A program made the position numbers and the translations under genes. A stretch of DNA of 45,363 bases, taken from positions 1-45,363 of IMG/VR virus record IMGVR_UViG_3300030118_005059; one strand, 5' to 3'. The stretch's first letter is position 1. Each line of letters begins with the position of its first letter. This document shows positions 11,054-20,399 of this stretch, piece by piece. The stretch is from a virus (lineage: Duplodnaviria > Caudoviricetes). Under the pieces are notes generated by a model, which saw only the letters and a list, made by a program, of their open reading frames with translations, was not told the origin of the DNA and made no database searches.

Positions 11054-11266
11054 CTATACCTTCATTTTCTTTTGAGCCTTCTCTATCTCTTCTGCTTCAA
11101 GTTCCTTAACCGTTTGATGTATAAATAACATTTCCTTAACTAAACTAACTGGCATTCTATAAACTTCTAAAGGGCTTATAGAAAAAGCCGTCGCTAAAGT
11201 ATATACTACTAACTTCGGTGCAAAGTGAGGAGGGCATTCTCCTGTTCTAACTGCCTTCCTCATCAT
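11054..11266 (-). CDS. Tail assembly chaperone, C-terminal (gpT-like) part, probably reached by -1 frameshift
   Basis: Lies in the -1 frame relative to the upstream chaperone, right after slippery A AAA AAC. LATAFSISPLEVYRMP resembles gpT-type helical motifs. Directly precedes the TMP. Confidence 0.7.
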   Translation of the reverse strand: MMRKAVRTGECPPHFAPKLVVYTLATAFSISPLEVYRMPVSLVKEMLFIHQTVKELEAEEIEKAQKKMKV

Positions 11267-11275
11267 TCGTTTTTT
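11226..11275 (-). promoter_or_regulatory. Programmed -1 ribosomal frameshift signal (slippery heptamer plus hairpin)
   Basis: A AAA AAC at 11275-11269, a 6-nt spacer, then an 11-bp stem with one mismatch (TGAGGAAGGCA 11262-11252 / TGCCCTCCTCA 11236-11226) and a 15-nt loop. Confidence 0.8.
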
Positions 11276-11625
11276 TCTTCATCACCACTATCGGACAAAG
11301 GATTTGGCAAGATTTCTTTAATTTGGTCGCCAATATAAGGAGTTAATTTTAGAATATCAATTGCCGAAAGTTTAGGTTCAGTCTTAACAATAAAGTTCTC
11401 AACCATATATTTGAACATGCCATTAAGGTCAATATCCATATTTTGAGTTCGAGCATCAATCTTCATCAAAGTATTAACTGCTCTATCAACTTCTATCCAA
11501 GTAGGTTCTTTTACCCATACTTTCAGATATTCTTCTATTTCGGGTGCTACTTTAATGTAATGTAGCGTAGGCTCTTGTGCCGCAAACAGCACACTCTTAT
11601 CACTTATTATTTTCTTTTCAGTCAT
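11263..11625 (-). CDS. Tail assembly chaperone (gpG-like); likely start ATG 11625 (MTEKK...)
   Basis: Lies between tail tube and TMP. GGTGG SD at 11631-11635. Ends in GAA AAA AAC GAA TGA. Confidence 0.75.
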   Translation of the reverse strand: MTEKKIISDKSVLFAAQEPTLHYIKVAPEIEEYLKVWVKEPTWIEVDRAVNTLMKIDARTQNMDIDLNGMFKYMVENFIVKTEPKLSAIDILKLTPYIGDQIKEILPNPLSDSGDEEKNE

Positions 11626-11678
11626 ATTATCCACCTTCAAAACCAACAAACAAACAAACGGTGTTGGTGGAATGTAAC

Positions 11679-11810
11679 TTATTCAGACTTTGGTTCTTCT
11701 TTTTTCTCCTCAGTCTTTTTAGTTGTAGCCTTCTTAGGCTTAGATTTAGCCGCAGTCATTTCTGCTTTTTGATTCTTTATCATTATCATTTTTTCTTGTC
11801 TTGTAACCAA
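11679..11810 (-). CDS. Small Lys-rich protein, 43 aa (not in ORF track)
   Basis: GGTGA SD then TTG start: MVTRQEKMIMIKNQKAEMTAAKSKPKKATTKKTEEKKEEPKSE. Fills the gap between tube and chaperone genes. Confidence 0.55.
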   Translation of the reverse strand: MVTRQEKMIMIKNQKAEMTAAKSKPKKATTKKTEEKKEEPKSE

Positions 11811-11814
11811 ATAA

Positions 11815-13671
11815 TCACCCCTGCAAAACCCAATGTGTTTTAACTGTGCAAAGTGTTAGATTTCTAGGCATTACTGTTGCTTCTACTGCAATTGGCCCTT
11901 TATCATCTGCAATTGGAAAATTGTTAGTATTTACAAAATAATCAGTAAAGTTTAGAGTAATCGCCTCTCCGTTAGGTTTGGTGAAAACTAACTCAATAGT
12001 TTGCGTTGTGTTTTCTGTATCATCTCTAAGTGCTTTGTATAGAGCATTGTTGGTAACATGGCCAGTAAATGAAATCTCATATGTTCTTTGTGCGGGTAAA
12101 GATTCTTGAACTTCCTTACTTCCCACTCCTAAGAATCTTCTTTCTGCGAGGTTATTATTCATGGTCAAAGTTAAGGTGTTAATCTTTAGGAAGTTTTCAC
12201 CTAGAACTTTGAAAGTTCCATCAGAAAAGAAGAAAGGTTCTCTAAACTCTTGAGCCGCATTTGCCCCAGTAGATTCTCCTTCATAATTGAAGAAGTCTGC
12301 TTCGTTACTTACACCTCTTCTAGCATCATACTGTTCTGTTTCTTTTGGACTGTGAACATTTCTAGGATTTAGGCTCAAAGTCATCTTAACTTCTTCATTC
12401 TCATTTGCAGTCATTGTTAGAGTATTAACTCTATTTCCTCTAGCAATTTGAACAAAAGAGTTATCTTCATCTTCTGTTACAGTAAATGTTAAACTTGAAC
12501 CAGTAGCAGTAGCGGCAGTAGTTAATAGTGCCTTAGTGCCACTAACAATCTGTGCAATTTTAGTATGAGCAGGAATGCCTGTTCCGCTAATCAACTGACC
12601 AACTTGTAATTTTGCAGAGTCAGCATTGTCTGTATAAGTAATTGTAGTGCTTCCTGAAGTAGTAGCCCCTCCCGCTAGGTCAAAAGTAGTAACATCTGTT
12701 CTAAATGGTGTAGTTGCCGCTAATTTACTATCACTTCTTTCAATGGTAAAGGAAGGTAAATTGTCTGTATCTGCTTCTTGAAATGTATATGTAATAGCGT
12801 TTGTTATTTGTCCATCTGTATTAATTGTTGGCCTTACCAAAGAATCCATATTAGCAATATTGGCAACTGCGTTATCTGCTAAAGGCGGGCAAATATCTTG
12901 ACCTATTGTTCTGTAAAAGAATGGCCCAGTATCAACAAATCCACCAATATCTTTACCTGTTCCAACAGGAACATTAGCACCTGCTGAATCTAATCCTTCA
13001 ATCATAATAGCATTCGCATCGTTTGAATCTGCTGTAAATCTATCATCGGGTGAATTGTCTGTTGCCAATAAGTCGGCAGTAGAACAATTGATATTAGTGC
13101 ATCTCCCTAAGAAATAATATAGCCAAGCACCATGATTTGCTACAAGATTTAAATCACCGTTTCCAAAGTTAGTAATTCCCTTGTATTGATAAGTAAAGTT
13201 TCTAGTTCCGCCTAGAGAAATGTTTGTCTGCTTAAAGTCCGGCTCTACTGTTGGGAAAGTAGCGGATTCTAAAACTCCTAACCATTGGTCTGATAGTAGT
13301 CTTTTAGCAGTAGAAGTTGTTGCCGGAACAGGTGCGCCATATGCTCTAATTATAAAATAATCATCTTGATGGGGAGTAACAGTATCGGTAATAGTTACAG
13401 TATCAGCAGTATTAGATTTTATTCTATGAGTAGATATTAGACCATCAGCAGTATATCTTTCCAATAAACACCCCGCATACAAATCCTCTAACAAAGAAAA
13501 ATTGCTAGTAAATCCGGATGATGCCTTTATTTGATTAGTCGTAACTGACCCGTTAGTTGGAAAGGCAGAACTTCCTCCTGCTTGCACCCCAACTCCCAAA
13601 TATAAATCACATTCGGGTATAAATGTTAAACTCGTTCCTGCTCCTAAAAATATATCTTGATTCAATGCCAT
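11815..13671 (-). CDS. Major tail tube protein with inserted accessory domains, 618 aa
   Basis: Tube-type segments LPSFTIE, RVNTLTMTA, and FFFSDG...INTLTLTMNNNL...QRTYEISFTG...IAVEATV. Position upstream of chaperones and TMP. Confidence 0.75.
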   Translation of the reverse strand: MALNQDIFLGAGTSLTFIPECDLYLGVGVQAGGSSAFPTNGSVTTNQIKASSGFTSNFSLLEDLYAGCLLERYTADGLISTHRIKSNTADTVTITDTVTPHQDDYFIIRAYGAPVPATTSTAKRLLSDQWLGVLESATFPTVEPDFKQTNISLGGTRNFTYQYKGITNFGNGDLNLVANHGAWLYYFLGRCTNINCSTADLLATDNSPDDRFTADSNDANAIMIEGLDSAGANVPVGTGKDIGGFVDTGPFFYRTIGQDICPPLADNAVANIANMDSLVRPTINTDGQITNAITYTFQEADTDNLPSFTIERSDSKLAATTPFRTDVTTFDLAGGATTSGSTTITYTDNADSAKLQVGQLISGTGIPAHTKIAQIVSGTKALLTTAATATGSSLTFTVTEDEDNSFVQIARGNRVNTLTMTANENEEVKMTLSLNPRNVHSPKETEQYDARRGVSNEADFFNYEGESTGANAAQEFREPFFFSDGTFKVLGENFLKINTLTLTMNNNLAERRFLGVGSKEVQESLPAQRTYEISFTGHVTNNALYKALRDDTENTTQTIELVFTKPNGEAITLNFTDYFVNTNNFPIADDKGPIAVEATVMPRNLTLCTVKTHWVLQG

Positions 13672-13698
13672 AATAACCTACTCTTTTAAACTTACATA

Positions 13699-14229
13699 CT
13701 AAGACGGGATGGTTAGTCCAAATCTCTTTACCTCAAGCGATACTTTATATCCATATAATCTTTTTCCTCTATCATTACTTTCGGTTCTAGAACCTAAGAA
13801 CAATTGATGAATTTTTGAGCCATCACTTGCGGTAAATCCTCTTCTATTATCTTCTATTACTTTTCTTAAGATAGCGTATAAATCTCTTAATCTATCTCTT
13901 CCATAATTTAAATTATTATTTGCCCTTTCGTCATGTATAACTCTAAGGTGCAAAGTAAAAGAATAAGTTTCATTTCTAATATCATAATGAATTGTTGGAT
14001 AGGTTATGTTTTGAGAATCTTCAAAGACCAATATAGTCGCCCCACCACCGCTATTACTCATATCATATCTGCTTCCTTTATTTGGCTGTAGTGTTCTAAC
14101 ATCAATAACAGTGGGAGTAACTATAGTTCCATCTAAAGATAAAGCGTCTCTAGCCCTACTCCATCGAGAAGAACTTTGTCCTGCATCAGTTCCAGTTAGT
14201 AATTCTACGATAATACTGACTTCATCCAT
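13699..14229 (-). CDS. Putative tail completion/terminator protein, 176 aa
   Basis: Size and position between adaptor and tube. Alpha/beta pattern (YSFTLHLRV...LYAILRKVI...YGYKVSLEV). Confidence 0.5.
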   Translation of the reverse strand: MDEVSIIVELLTGTDAGQSSSRWSRARDALSLDGTIVTPTVIDVRTLQPNKGSRYDMSNSGGGATILVFEDSQNITYPTIHYDIRNETYSFTLHLRVIHDERANNNLNYGRDRLRDLYAILRKVIEDNRRGFTASDGSKIHQLFLGSRTESNDRGKRLYGYKVSLEVKRFGLTIPS

Positions 14230-14420
14230 GCTTCTACCTCCTCTTTAATTGAATTATTTACTTTTTTAAGTATCTCTTCTTGTGCAAATTTGATAACTTC
14301 TTCATCACTAAAACTAATGTCTATCCCTAATTGCTCGGATAATTGTTGAGTTGCTAGTTGTCTTTCTTTCTGTATTCGCACTAGTTCATTTATTTCCTTC
14401 ATGCTAATATAGAATGCCAT
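14205..14420 (-). CDS. Hypothetical helical protein, 71 aa
   Basis: Tightly packed ORF in the neck operon. Confidence 0.55.
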   Translation of the reverse strand: MAFYISMKEINELVRIQKERQLATQQLSEQLGIDISFSDEEVIKFAQEEILKKVNNSIKEEVEAWMKSVLS

Positions 14421-14425
14421 AATAA

Positions 14426-15808
14426 TCAGTCCAAGAAATAAACTAAGTCCTTTTTTCCATTAAGAGTTTCCATAGCCTCTTTTCTAAGAATATCATATTT
14501 TTCTTTTGTAGAAATATTAGCCCCTGTTTCCGCCACTAGTATGCTTTGGTCATCGTGCCTTAGTATTTCAGCCGCTACTAATTTAGTTGTGGCTTCGTGT
14601 ATTTGAGCAGGGACTCTTCCCTCTCCTGCTTCATATGTTACTACAATAGAGTTCTTACTGTGGAAAGGATATTCCTGCATAAAGAATATTCTTCCTTCAT
14701 CTGCAATAGTCCAAAAATCACCGAGCCTTCTAACATCTTCCTTATCTGTAAATCTAGATACTGAACATACAGTAGGAATATCTTGATTAGTTGAAATAAA
14801 GTTTAGTGTGTTTGTTCCGGCAGTTATTCCTGAACCACTATCTAAAACAACAGTAGTTGAATCTGTAATAGAACTAATTGTTTTAGTTCCTGTTATTCCC
14901 GTTCCGCTAACAACCATACCAACTGCTAATTTAGAAGAATCCTCAACAGTAAGATTGGCAGAAGATAAAGAAGTAGTGCAAGTTTGTTGAGTTGTTATTT
15001 CTACTACACAATCAGAGCCATCATCTCCTGCTAATAAAGAAGAAATTAGAATATTACTTCCGCTACTTTTATCCTTTGAAGCATAGAAAAAGTCTGAAAT
15101 AGATAGTTGATTGGTTGTATCTAGTAGTGACTTATGATTTCTAGCCTTCGTGAAAGATTGAGTTTTACTAGGCTTTTCTTCATTAATTAGAGAAATAAGT
15201 TCATTAACAGTAGTCTTTATTCCAAACGCATTGTTAAATTCGCTGTCTAATAATCTTGGAGAAGAAGTTGTAACTATTTTATTTGATGATTCCAAATTAA
15301 AAGAATAGGTGCTATTTGGTGTTTTAAGGGTTATTATTTTTATTTCTGTATGATTTTCTAATAGTCTTATTTGCGCTTGAGCCGAAGCAAGTTCCTCATA
15401 TTGACTACCCTGCCAAACTTGTAATGATACAATCTTTCTAACCTTTAATTTTGGTAGTTGTATAAATCCAACATAACCACCGTAATAAGTGTTCATTGGT
15501 AAGTTTTTAAATTGAAAATCATGAAATTCATCTCTAGTAATTATAGGGCGATATGAACGCTTGGTTGTTTCATCAACTGTTCCTTCTATTCTTTTTATTA
15601 TCTTACCTACTTGCGCTCTAGTAGGATAAGTTGTATCGGTAAAATGTGCTATTTGTAACATATCTGCAACGGAAGCAAAGTCTGTGTAAAATCCTACTCC
15701 TTTGTCATATGCCCCAGTAAAAAATCCTAATGCTATTGTATAGGTAGCAACCCCGTTTACATTCTCATCAAAAGAATAGTCGCTTGGAAATCCAGTAGTC
15801 CCCATCAA
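14426..15808 (-). CDS. Head-tail adaptor/connector protein with insertion, 460 aa
   Basis: Connector-type helices (VGKIIKRIEGTVDETTKRSY) and C-terminal IVVTYEAG...VPAQIHEATTKLVAAEIL typical of gp6/gp15-like adaptors. Confidence 0.65.
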   Translation of the reverse strand: MMGTTGFPSDYSFDENVNGVATYTIALGFFTGAYDKGVGFYTDFASVADMLQIAHFTDTTYPTRAQVGKIIKRIEGTVDETTKRSYRPIITRDEFHDFQFKNLPMNTYYGGYVGFIQLPKLKVRKIVSLQVWQGSQYEELASAQAQIRLLENHTEIKIITLKTPNSTYSFNLESSNKIVTTSSPRLLDSEFNNAFGIKTTVNELISLINEEKPSKTQSFTKARNHKSLLDTTNQLSISDFFYASKDKSSGSNILISSLLAGDDGSDCVVEITTQQTCTTSLSSANLTVEDSSKLAVGMVVSGTGITGTKTISSITDSTTVVLDSGSGITAGTNTLNFISTNQDIPTVCSVSRFTDKEDVRRLGDFWTIADEGRIFFMQEYPFHSKNSIVVTYEAGEGRVPAQIHEATTKLVAAEILRHDDQSILVAETGANISTKEKYDILRKEAMETLNGKKDLVYFLD

Positions 15809-18150
15809 TACCCCTCAGTTACTTCTCTAATATCTATTATTCTATTACCTAGTTTGTCTAGATATTTTCTCATGAGTTTGTTTTGTCCTCTATTTCTAAT
15901 GGGACTTAAGTTATAAGCAACATACTTCTTAAGATAGACGGTGTATAATACCTTAGCATCTACTTCATTATCTACCATTTTTGGCTTACCCTCTTTATCT
16001 TTTTCACCGCTATCTACTTGCATCTCATTGGCTGTGAATGCCGTTGCTTGGTATTTAGGCTTTCCAAATTCACTACCTTCTATTATTCTAGAATCTTCTA
16101 CAACCGCAGTTTCGGAAACTAAAGGAAGAAGAACATATATTTGAGCCGCTTGCTTATTAGTTTCATAGAGTTTAATCCATCTCTTAGTAGACATTTTTTT
16201 CTCTACGCTAATATCATCTAAATCTTCTTTTCTTAGTTCAGGTTTTTTTCCGTAGGTTATATCATACTCTCCTAGTTTTCCTGCACCGCCTTCGGATATA
16301 TCGGGAAATGGGTTTTTCATTCCTCCACCAACACCAACTTCGAGAACCCTAAACACCTGTCCCGCAGTTCGGTCATCTAAAGTTCCAGTTAATAATTTAT
16401 AATACAACTCTGCCCTTTCTTCTTCGGTAAAACCCAAATCAGCATATTTACCCATATCAGTTTGTTTAACATAATCTTTTCTATAAAACTTATAATCAGA
16501 AAAAGCCTCCCCATACTTTTCTTGCACTACTCTAAAGTCTCCTTGTTCTATTTGTTTTGCTTCTGCTTCTGTAATAGGTTCTTCTCTTCTATCTATATAG
16601 GCATACTTAAGTCTCTCCTGCCCTTGAAAATCTGAATCAAAGAGAGCCTTATTTTTGAACTTATTATTACCCTCTTCTTTTAGCATTTCAAATTTCTCAT
16701 CAAAAAAACTGTGAACCGTTAATTTTATTTTTTTGTTGCCGAAACCAAACTCATTATATGCTTTTTCTGCTTTTTTGTAGACAGGACTATCACTAAAAAT
16801 TAATAGATATTTATTTCCATCTACTTCTATTTCAGTTGTAGCGGCTCTTAGTTCATTGTATTGAGCGACTACTTTTTGTCTATCTTGATTTAACTTATCC
16901 GATAACTTTTTTCTAGCAGTTCTTTTTTGTTCTGTATCTTCGCCTCTTTTATATTTAATATTCTCCGGTGGCCTATATTCTTTCATGGGTATTAGAGGAT
17001 ATTCTTCTTCGGCAGTAACATCAAAGTTAGGATTAATAGCAAAGGCTTTCGGTATTCTATATTTCATGGCAGTAAATTTACTATACTTATCTTTTACTTT
17101 ATCATCATCATCTGGTATCGTATCTGCCACTCTTTCACTTAGCATTTTAGTGTCCTTTTCTTCTCTTGCTAAAGAAACTTCTATCATTAATTGATATAAC
17201 AGCCCTTCTTGAACCATAGCCTCATAATATTCATCCTTTCCCCCGATATTTTCTTCAAACCAACTAGCAAGTTTATCATTTAAATCATCTATAAATTTAT
17301 AATCAAATTGTAAGCCGTCTTTAAATTGGGTTATCTCATCGCCATTTTTATCTGTCGCATCCTCTAAATATTTATCCATAGAAGAAAACTTGATTGCATT
17401 TGGAATACCCTCTTCATCTATGGCACTATCAATTAATACCTTTCCTTTTTTCGGTATCATAGTAACTTCTGCACCCGTATATTCAATAATTAAATCCTGT
17501 GCTTTAATAGTAAATAATTCCATTTCATCATCTGAAGGGAAAGTTAAGACAGAGTGAGCATTTTTATTTCCTCTATTGTTACTCTTTGAGAAACTTAGGT
17601 TGTTTACTCCTGTTATTGATTTAGCCGTTTTAAATCGTATTTCTGTCTCTATTTCTAGAGTGGGTAATTCATCATCCGTAGTTACATCTAGTGCCTTAAA
17701 CTTCCCAATAATTTGTTCTCTTATTGTTTCCGATACTCCTGCAATATCGCTAACAACAGTTCCACTTAATTGAGCAACTAGGTTTTTATTAAACTCCTCA
17801 CTACCCTCTACTATATTTTTTAGTGTAGCCCTGTCTAACATCTCCTTATCTTTGTCTTTTCTTTTTTCAGGCCTTCTTCTTAAGAAACTACTCATAGCCT
17901 CTCTATTATCATCTAAATATGGCTTAAGAGGTTTATCTAAAGTATCTTCTAGCATTGATTCTATTTCTTTTATCAATGGATTAGGGTCAATATCTTTGGC
18001 TTCTAAATCATATAATGAATCTTTTATTCTTCTTACAAAGCCATCTTCGCCTGTTGCCCTGCCTATTAGATATTTTTCTATTTCATCTAATAAAAAATTT
18101 CTAGCGGCAGGTAGTTTCCTATCTGCTCCATCATAAACAAAGGAAACCAT
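15805..18150 (-). CDS. Hypothetical charged protein, 781 aa
   Basis: Long ORF in the operon. No motif recognised. Confidence 0.6.
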   Translation of the reverse strand: MVSFVYDGADRKLPAARNFLLDEIEKYLIGRATGEDGFVRRIKDSLYDLEAKDIDPNPLIKEIESMLEDTLDKPLKPYLDDNREAMSSFLRRRPEKRKDKDKEMLDRATLKNIVEGSEEFNKNLVAQLSGTVVSDIAGVSETIREQIIGKFKALDVTTDDELPTLEIETEIRFKTAKSITGVNNLSFSKSNNRGNKNAHSVLTFPSDDEMELFTIKAQDLIIEYTGAEVTMIPKKGKVLIDSAIDEEGIPNAIKFSSMDKYLEDATDKNGDEITQFKDGLQFDYKFIDDLNDKLASWFEENIGGKDEYYEAMVQEGLLYQLMIEVSLAREEKDTKMLSERVADTIPDDDDKVKDKYSKFTAMKYRIPKAFAINPNFDVTAEEEYPLIPMKEYRPPENIKYKRGEDTEQKRTARKKLSDKLNQDRQKVVAQYNELRAATTEIEVDGNKYLLIFSDSPVYKKAEKAYNEFGFGNKKIKLTVHSFFDEKFEMLKEEGNNKFKNKALFDSDFQGQERLKYAYIDRREEPITEAEAKQIEQGDFRVVQEKYGEAFSDYKFYRKDYVKQTDMGKYADLGFTEEERAELYYKLLTGTLDDRTAGQVFRVLEVGVGGGMKNPFPDISEGGAGKLGEYDITYGKKPELRKEDLDDISVEKKMSTKRWIKLYETNKQAAQIYVLLPLVSETAVVEDSRIIEGSEFGKPKYQATAFTANEMQVDSGEKDKEGKPKMVDNEVDAKVLYTVYLKKYVAYNLSPIRNRGQNKLMRKYLDKLGNRIIDIREVTEGY

Positions 18151-18159
18151 TTAACCAAC

Positions 18160-18816
18160 TCACATTAACCATTTAGCCCAAGCCGCACCTTTCTGTATTG
18201 CACTACCTAAACCTAAACCGCTTTGTGGTGGTTCATAACTCATTTGTCCTTGAGCGTCTATCCAGTATGGTCTACCATAACCGTCTGTTCCGCTAGGAGG
18301 AATAGGATAACCACTACCATTATTCATAGCACCCTGCACTTGTTGGTATTGTTGAGTTTGTCCTGTTATTCCTGCTATTGCCATACCTGCCGTTGGTTGT
18401 GTTGGCATTTGACCTCCTCCACTAAATCCTTGTGATTCTAAGTATTGTTGTTTTGCTAGTTTTCTTTGATTAACTACCTCTGTGTTAATAGCAGAATTTA
18501 AAAGTTTTTGAATGTCTAAATCTATATTTTCTTGAGTAATCTTTTCGTATTCTCTAAGTGAATCAGCATTCACAATAATATTACTACCATTAGAAGTAAG
18601 TTTTAATTTTGCTAACATTTGACTAACTACTCTTTCTATAACATCTTCCATCATTTGTTCTAAAGCCGTCAAAAACTGTTCTCCGTGATATTGGAAAAAT
18701 TCTTCTACATGATTATCTTGTAAAGAAAGTAAGTTGTTCATTGACTTGAAGTTATTTTGCTGACCTTGTTGAACAGCCCCTAAAACTGTGCCATTACTTG
18801 TTCCTAGTATTCCCAT
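18160..18816 (-). CDS. Hypothetical Gln/Gly-rich protein with helical core and possible C-terminal amphipathic helix, 218 aa
   Basis: GGAGG SD. Low-complexity Q/G/P tail ending LGSAIQKGAAWAKWLM. Confidence 0.6.
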   Translation of the reverse strand: MGILGTSNGTVLGAVQQGQQNNFKSMNNLLSLQDNHVEEFFQYHGEQFLTALEQMMEDVIERVVSQMLAKLKLTSNGSNIIVNADSLREYEKITQENIDLDIQKLLNSAINTEVVNQRKLAKQQYLESQGFSGGGQMPTQPTAGMAIAGITGQTQQYQQVQGAMNNGSGYPIPPSGTDGYGRPYWIDAQGQMSYEPPQSGLGLGSAIQKGAAWAKWLM

Positions 18817-18818
18817 AT

Positions 18819-19496
18819 CTATTCCTCCACGACTTCTTCACTAATTTCTTCTTTTGCCTTTTTAATATCATCAACTTTAACTTGTTTATTTATCATTAAA
18901 TAATTTAATCTATCTGTTAGTATATTTATTTCTCCAATTATCTCTACGGCTTCATTAGTCGCTGACCTGTTATCTCCTAAAGTTGGTGGCTTTATTAAAT
19001 AACCGTTTGCGGTTAGTGCTACAATATCATCTTTTGTTAGATTAGATACTGGGCCACTTTTTAAAATCTTAGGCATTCTAGGTTTAAATGCTTTAAAGTC
19101 TAAGCCGTGTTTATCTGCTAGTATTTGTTGCTGTAACATTTCCAACTGCATATACATTGAAGCATGTTTAGGACAGTAAGTTCCCATTAATGGCCTACCC
19201 TTTGTTACTTTATCTAGAGGAATAGGTGGCCTAAGATAGTCCCCTGCTTCCCAAATGTGGTGCATTCCACATACAACGCATCTATCTTTAAGATTAAATT
19301 TCTTACCATATTTTAGAAATAGAAATTTCTTGGGTTCTGCTTTTAGAACGGTAGTTAATTCTGCTAATTGCTTTTTAGGTTTGATAGCCATAAAGTGATA
19401 TTCTGTCACTGCTCCACTTGCTCTAGCCTGTTTAATAGGCGATAGACCTAAATTCATATTATTCGTTTGTGCTAATATCTGCTGATTTTGATACAT
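18819..19496 (-). CDS. Zn-finger protein, 225 aa
   Basis: CVVC...YCPKH ligand set plus C-terminal coiled coil. GAGG SD. Confidence 0.6.
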   Translation of the reverse strand: MYQNQQILAQTNNMNLGLSPIKQARASGAVTEYHFMAIKPKKQLAELTTVLKAEPKKFLFLKYGKKFNLKDRCVVCGMHHIWEAGDYLRPPIPLDKVTKGRPLMGTYCPKHASMYMQLEMLQQQILADKHGLDFKAFKPRMPKILKSGPVSNLTKDDIVALTANGYLIKPPTLGDNRSATNEAVEIIGEINILTDRLNYLMINKQVKVDDIKKAKEEISEEVVEE

Positions 19497-19506
19497 CTTT
19501 TATTCC

Positions 19507-20169
19507 TCAATAATCCTTTATCATAGTAGTTATTCCTTTATACACCATTTCGGGGTCTGATTTTGCTGATACTATATATTTATAACAAGGTATTCCTTTA
19601 TCGTTAAGTTGTCTCATTCCATAAGAGAACGGTTCGAATATCTCATGTTTATCTATGGGCTTTTCACTTTTATATTTATCTCCCCAAATGTCATATTTAT
19701 TAGCCCAAATACCAACTGCCATAGGATAATCCGAATCTTTTTTCTTTCTACCAGTAGGCCAACGGCTAGCAACAATAGTATCTACTAAAAATTTCCACGC
19801 TACTTGGTGGTCTAAATTTGATGGGTTATCTAAGTGTCTATGGTCTATCATAAATATAACATACTTTACTCTACGGGTTTGCATGTCTTTTACCCATTCT
19901 TTCCAATAAATCGCCTCTCCTCCAATATCAGCACTTTTTATTGTATGAGAGTCCCCATCTAATTTTATTGTTTTTCTAGAAGCCCTGTGTAAACCTACTG
20001 TTCTTTCATTTATCTGAGGAACTTCTCCTCTAGTTCTTAATTGATAACTTAAGGTTGTTTTACCTACCATTGTAGCACCATAGACACCAAAGTTAATTGC
20101 ATGGATTCTTTTGTAAAAACCTATTATTGCCTCACCTACTAATATGGCAAAGCCTGTCATTATTGACAT
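19507..20169 (-). CDS. Ras-superfamily small GTPase, Arf/Sar-like, 220 aa
   Basis: All five G motifs in order: G1 GATMVGKT, G2 RTVG, G3 DIGG, G4 NKYD, G5 SAK. N-terminal hydrophobic/amphipathic helix. Confidence 0.88.
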   Translation of the reverse strand: MSIMTGFAILVGEAIIGFYKRIHAINFGVYGATMVGKTTLSYQLRTRGEVPQINERTVGLHRASRKTIKLDGDSHTIKSADIGGEAIYWKEWVKDMQTRRVKYVIFMIDHRHLDNPSNLDHQVAWKFLVDTIVASRWPTGRKKKDSDYPMAVGIWANKYDIWGDKYKSEKPIDKHEIFEPFSYGMRQLNDKGIPCYKYIVSAKSDPEMVYKGITTMIKDY

Positions 20170-20170
20170 A

Positions 20171-20389
20171 TTAATGCCCCCATATATCCTTAGCCCTCTC
20201 TATAATCCAACCCATTATATTAATGTCAAAGACTCCCATTATATTACCAATTAAGAACATGGATAAAGTAGAGAAACCTCCCCAAAACCATGCTCTCATT
20301 TTCAAAAAGAAAATATCTGCTGAATGCGCTCTAGATTGATTATAAGCATAGTCGGAGTCGGAGAATCCCATCAAGTCACTAAGAACCAT
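20171..20389 (-). CDS. Small membrane protein, 72 aa
   Basis: Hydrophobic segment AWFWGGFSTLSMFLIGNIMGVF followed by an amphipathic tail. GGTGG SD. Confidence 0.65.
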   Translation of the reverse strand: MVLSDLMGFSDSDYAYNQSRAHSADIFFLKMRAWFWGGFSTLSMFLIGNIMGVFDINIMGWIIERAKDIWGH

Positions 20390-20399
20390 CTAGCCACCC

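Noticed and set aside
11641-11659. (AAAC)n microsatellite as a phase-variation tract
   Set aside because: There are only about 3-4 units and the tract is intergenic. It is better explained as part of the hairpin/U-rich element.
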